Assembly: GCA_008632985.1 (NCBI GenBank)
Contig: QPGO01000011.1
Coordinates: forward strand, 434,001-498,000
Source of the DNA: Psammoneis japonica
Lineage: Eukaryota
Reading direction: 5' to 3'
Length of the DNA: 64,000 bases
In this document: positions 62,301-64,000 of the stretch, piece after piece
Layout: each line of letters starts with the position of its first letter
How positions within the stretch are numbered: the stretch's first letter is position 1
Translations under genes and position numbers: made by a program
Notes under the pieces: model-generated
Seen by the model: only the letters and a program-made list of their open reading frames with translations
Database searches by the model: none
Told to the model about the DNA's origin: nothing

Positions 62301-64000
62301 CTCTGACCTGCAGGACGATCCCACTGCCAACCTGTTTGACGAATGCGGCAACTGCCGTCACCGTGTTGTTGTCAACAAGGCCATCGTGTCCGCCTCCTTG
62401 TCTGCCGATCACGCGTCCGCCCTCGATGACCACCTCATTCCGAATGACAACATGTTCTACGAGTGTCATCTGCATGCGATTGACCCCAAGGACGATGACG
62501 TTCCGCCCCCGGAGCGCACTGTGCAGCCCAAGGACCCCCCCTGCGAGTCTCTTTGGCCTCACTTTGGTTTCCAACCTGCCGATGCGGTTCGTCGCACTTT
62601 CGACTGCACCACGCAGTGCGCCCGCATGCCCGCCGGCACACACCTTAAGAAGGCCTGCAAATCGCCCAACCCTGCCCTCAATGTGCACCGCCGCAACGAG
62701 CCTGTCGCCACTGACACCGTTCATGCCGACACCCCGGCCGTTGACTTCATCAGCGACCGTGCTCAAGTTGAGATCAGCAACAAGGTGCTCGGGATCCTGC
62801 AAGCCCTCTTTGTCTCCAGCTGGCAAAGTGAGCCTCACCAGCAACACCAAAACTTTGCTGAACGTCGACACCAGACCGTGAAGCGCATGGCGAACACTGT
62901 CATGGACCGTTTCGGTTCACCTGCCCACACATGGCTGCTGGCGCTCATGTGTGTGTGCTTCACACTCAACCACACAGCGTCCCCACATCTCCACTGGCGC
63001 ACGCCCCTCGAGACTCTCACTGGCTCCACCCCAGACATCAGCCCATTGCTTTGCTTTCACTGGTGGGAACCCGTGCACTTCCACCTCGATGACTCTGATT
63101 GGCCATCCGAATCCCGTGAGTTGCGTGGATGCTTTGTTGGCATTGCTGAGCACGTCGGCCACCAGATGACCTTCAAGATTCTCTCCGACGAGACTCAGAA
63201 GATCCTCTGCCGGTCCAACATATGATCTGCTGCCACCGATCCTGCCGTTCGAAACCTGCGTCTTGATCCTCCTGATGGGGAGCCACCTGAACCCATCATC
63301 AAATCTCGCCATGATGACAACCCCGTCGATTCACCCGATGGGGAGATCAGGACACCCAAGATGCCAGTTGACGGGCTCCAGTCCCAGGTGGGACTTTTTG
63401 TGACATTTGCCCCATGGAATTCTACGTGCGAGCTCTGTAGTTCGTACTCTGGTCAATGGACACATTTGTCTTCGACATGAAACAAACGGCCAAGTTTGCA
63501 GCACATGTGTCTCCATTCGCACTCGAAGTTTTGGACAATGCGCCTGCCCCACCATTCTTAAGACACTCGAGAATGGCGTGGAAGAAAAAAATGTTAAAAG
63601 TTGTTGAATGGATCGCCTGACAATTGGCACCAAAATGATGCAAAATTTCGCCAAAATCACGTAGAAATGTACGTGCGCGACATACGACGCGATTCAAAAA
63701 ACTGTCGATGTCACAGTTCAGCAGTGCGAGGTCCCACCCAGACCTGGAACGCATCAGTTTTCGATCCGCAAGACATCATCGGACACATCTTCCTCATGCA
63801 GCCACAAGAGGATGGACAACACCACAGAGCTCGCATCGTCAAGGCCGTCGAAGACCACGAATGGAAAGTGAACGGCAACCCCGAGCTCACCAAGTTCGTC
63901 TGCTCTGTCAACAACGACGAATACGAGGAAGTCCTGGCCTGCAATGACATCATGAATCACATTGAGCAAGAAGATGAAGACACTGCTGTTTGGAAATTTT
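59306..64000 (+). mobile_element. Ty1/Copia (CoDi-like) LTR retrotransposon, decayed and truncated by window end; putative 5' LTR from ~59306 (TG...) to ~59980, gag from 60137
   Basis: Gag DFKRGIKRDP, protease ALVDRGANGG, integrase RRNEPVATDT..ISDRAQVEIS..SEPHQQHQNFAERR; TGA stops, frameshifts, deletion in the integrase core near 62745; LTR limits are tentative. Confidence 0.9.
63370..63755. mobile_element. MITE (386 bp) of the same family, 4-bp TSD AGTT, inserted in Copia pol
   Basis: agtt|gacgggctccagtcccaggtgggac ... gtcccacccagacctggaacgcatc|agtt; removal restores ATG CCA GTT TTC GAT CCG. Confidence 0.92.

Noticed and set aside
60137..63225. CpG methylation decay or classical RIP as the sole explanation
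   Set aside because: CpG is retained here; RIP would create rather than remove TpA; conserved Tyr positions polarise the change as TA->TG/CA
59306..64000. Alternative genetic code or selection against Tyr as the cause of Tyr loss
   Set aside because: Adjacent host genes use Tyr normally, and TA loss also affects non-coding repeat DNA and all codon positions

Overview
Eukaryotic genomic DNA with short GT-AG introns, most likely from a pennate diatom (DUF6824 protein, diatom-type LRR and kinase genes, bipartite plastid presequence, CoDi-like Copia element, silaffin-like KxxK protein). A gene-dense block (~1.9-42.6 kb) and a small gene island (~51.4-55.3 kb) alternate with repeat-derived blocks (1-1.78 kb, 42.65-51.4 kb, 55.3-64 kb). 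The main signal is that the repeat DNA has been almost stripped of the dinucleotide TpA by TA->TG and TA->CA transitions. Conserved Tyr residues of the Copia polyprotein are systematically Cys or His, and paired repeat copies inside the window differ directly by TA->TG/CA. This looks like a repeat-targeted A:T->G:C hypermutation, opposite in direction to fungal RIP and separable from CpG decay. I know of no description of such a system; a modified-base miscalling artefact must be excluded. Also found: a MITE family with 4-bp TSDs, a spliced (SPK)18 silaffin-like gene missed by the ORF track, a CDK with the plant CDKB1 PPTALRE motif, and several 1-nt frameshifts in housekeeping genes that suggest assembly indel errors. 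Family assignments are from remembered motifs, not database searches.
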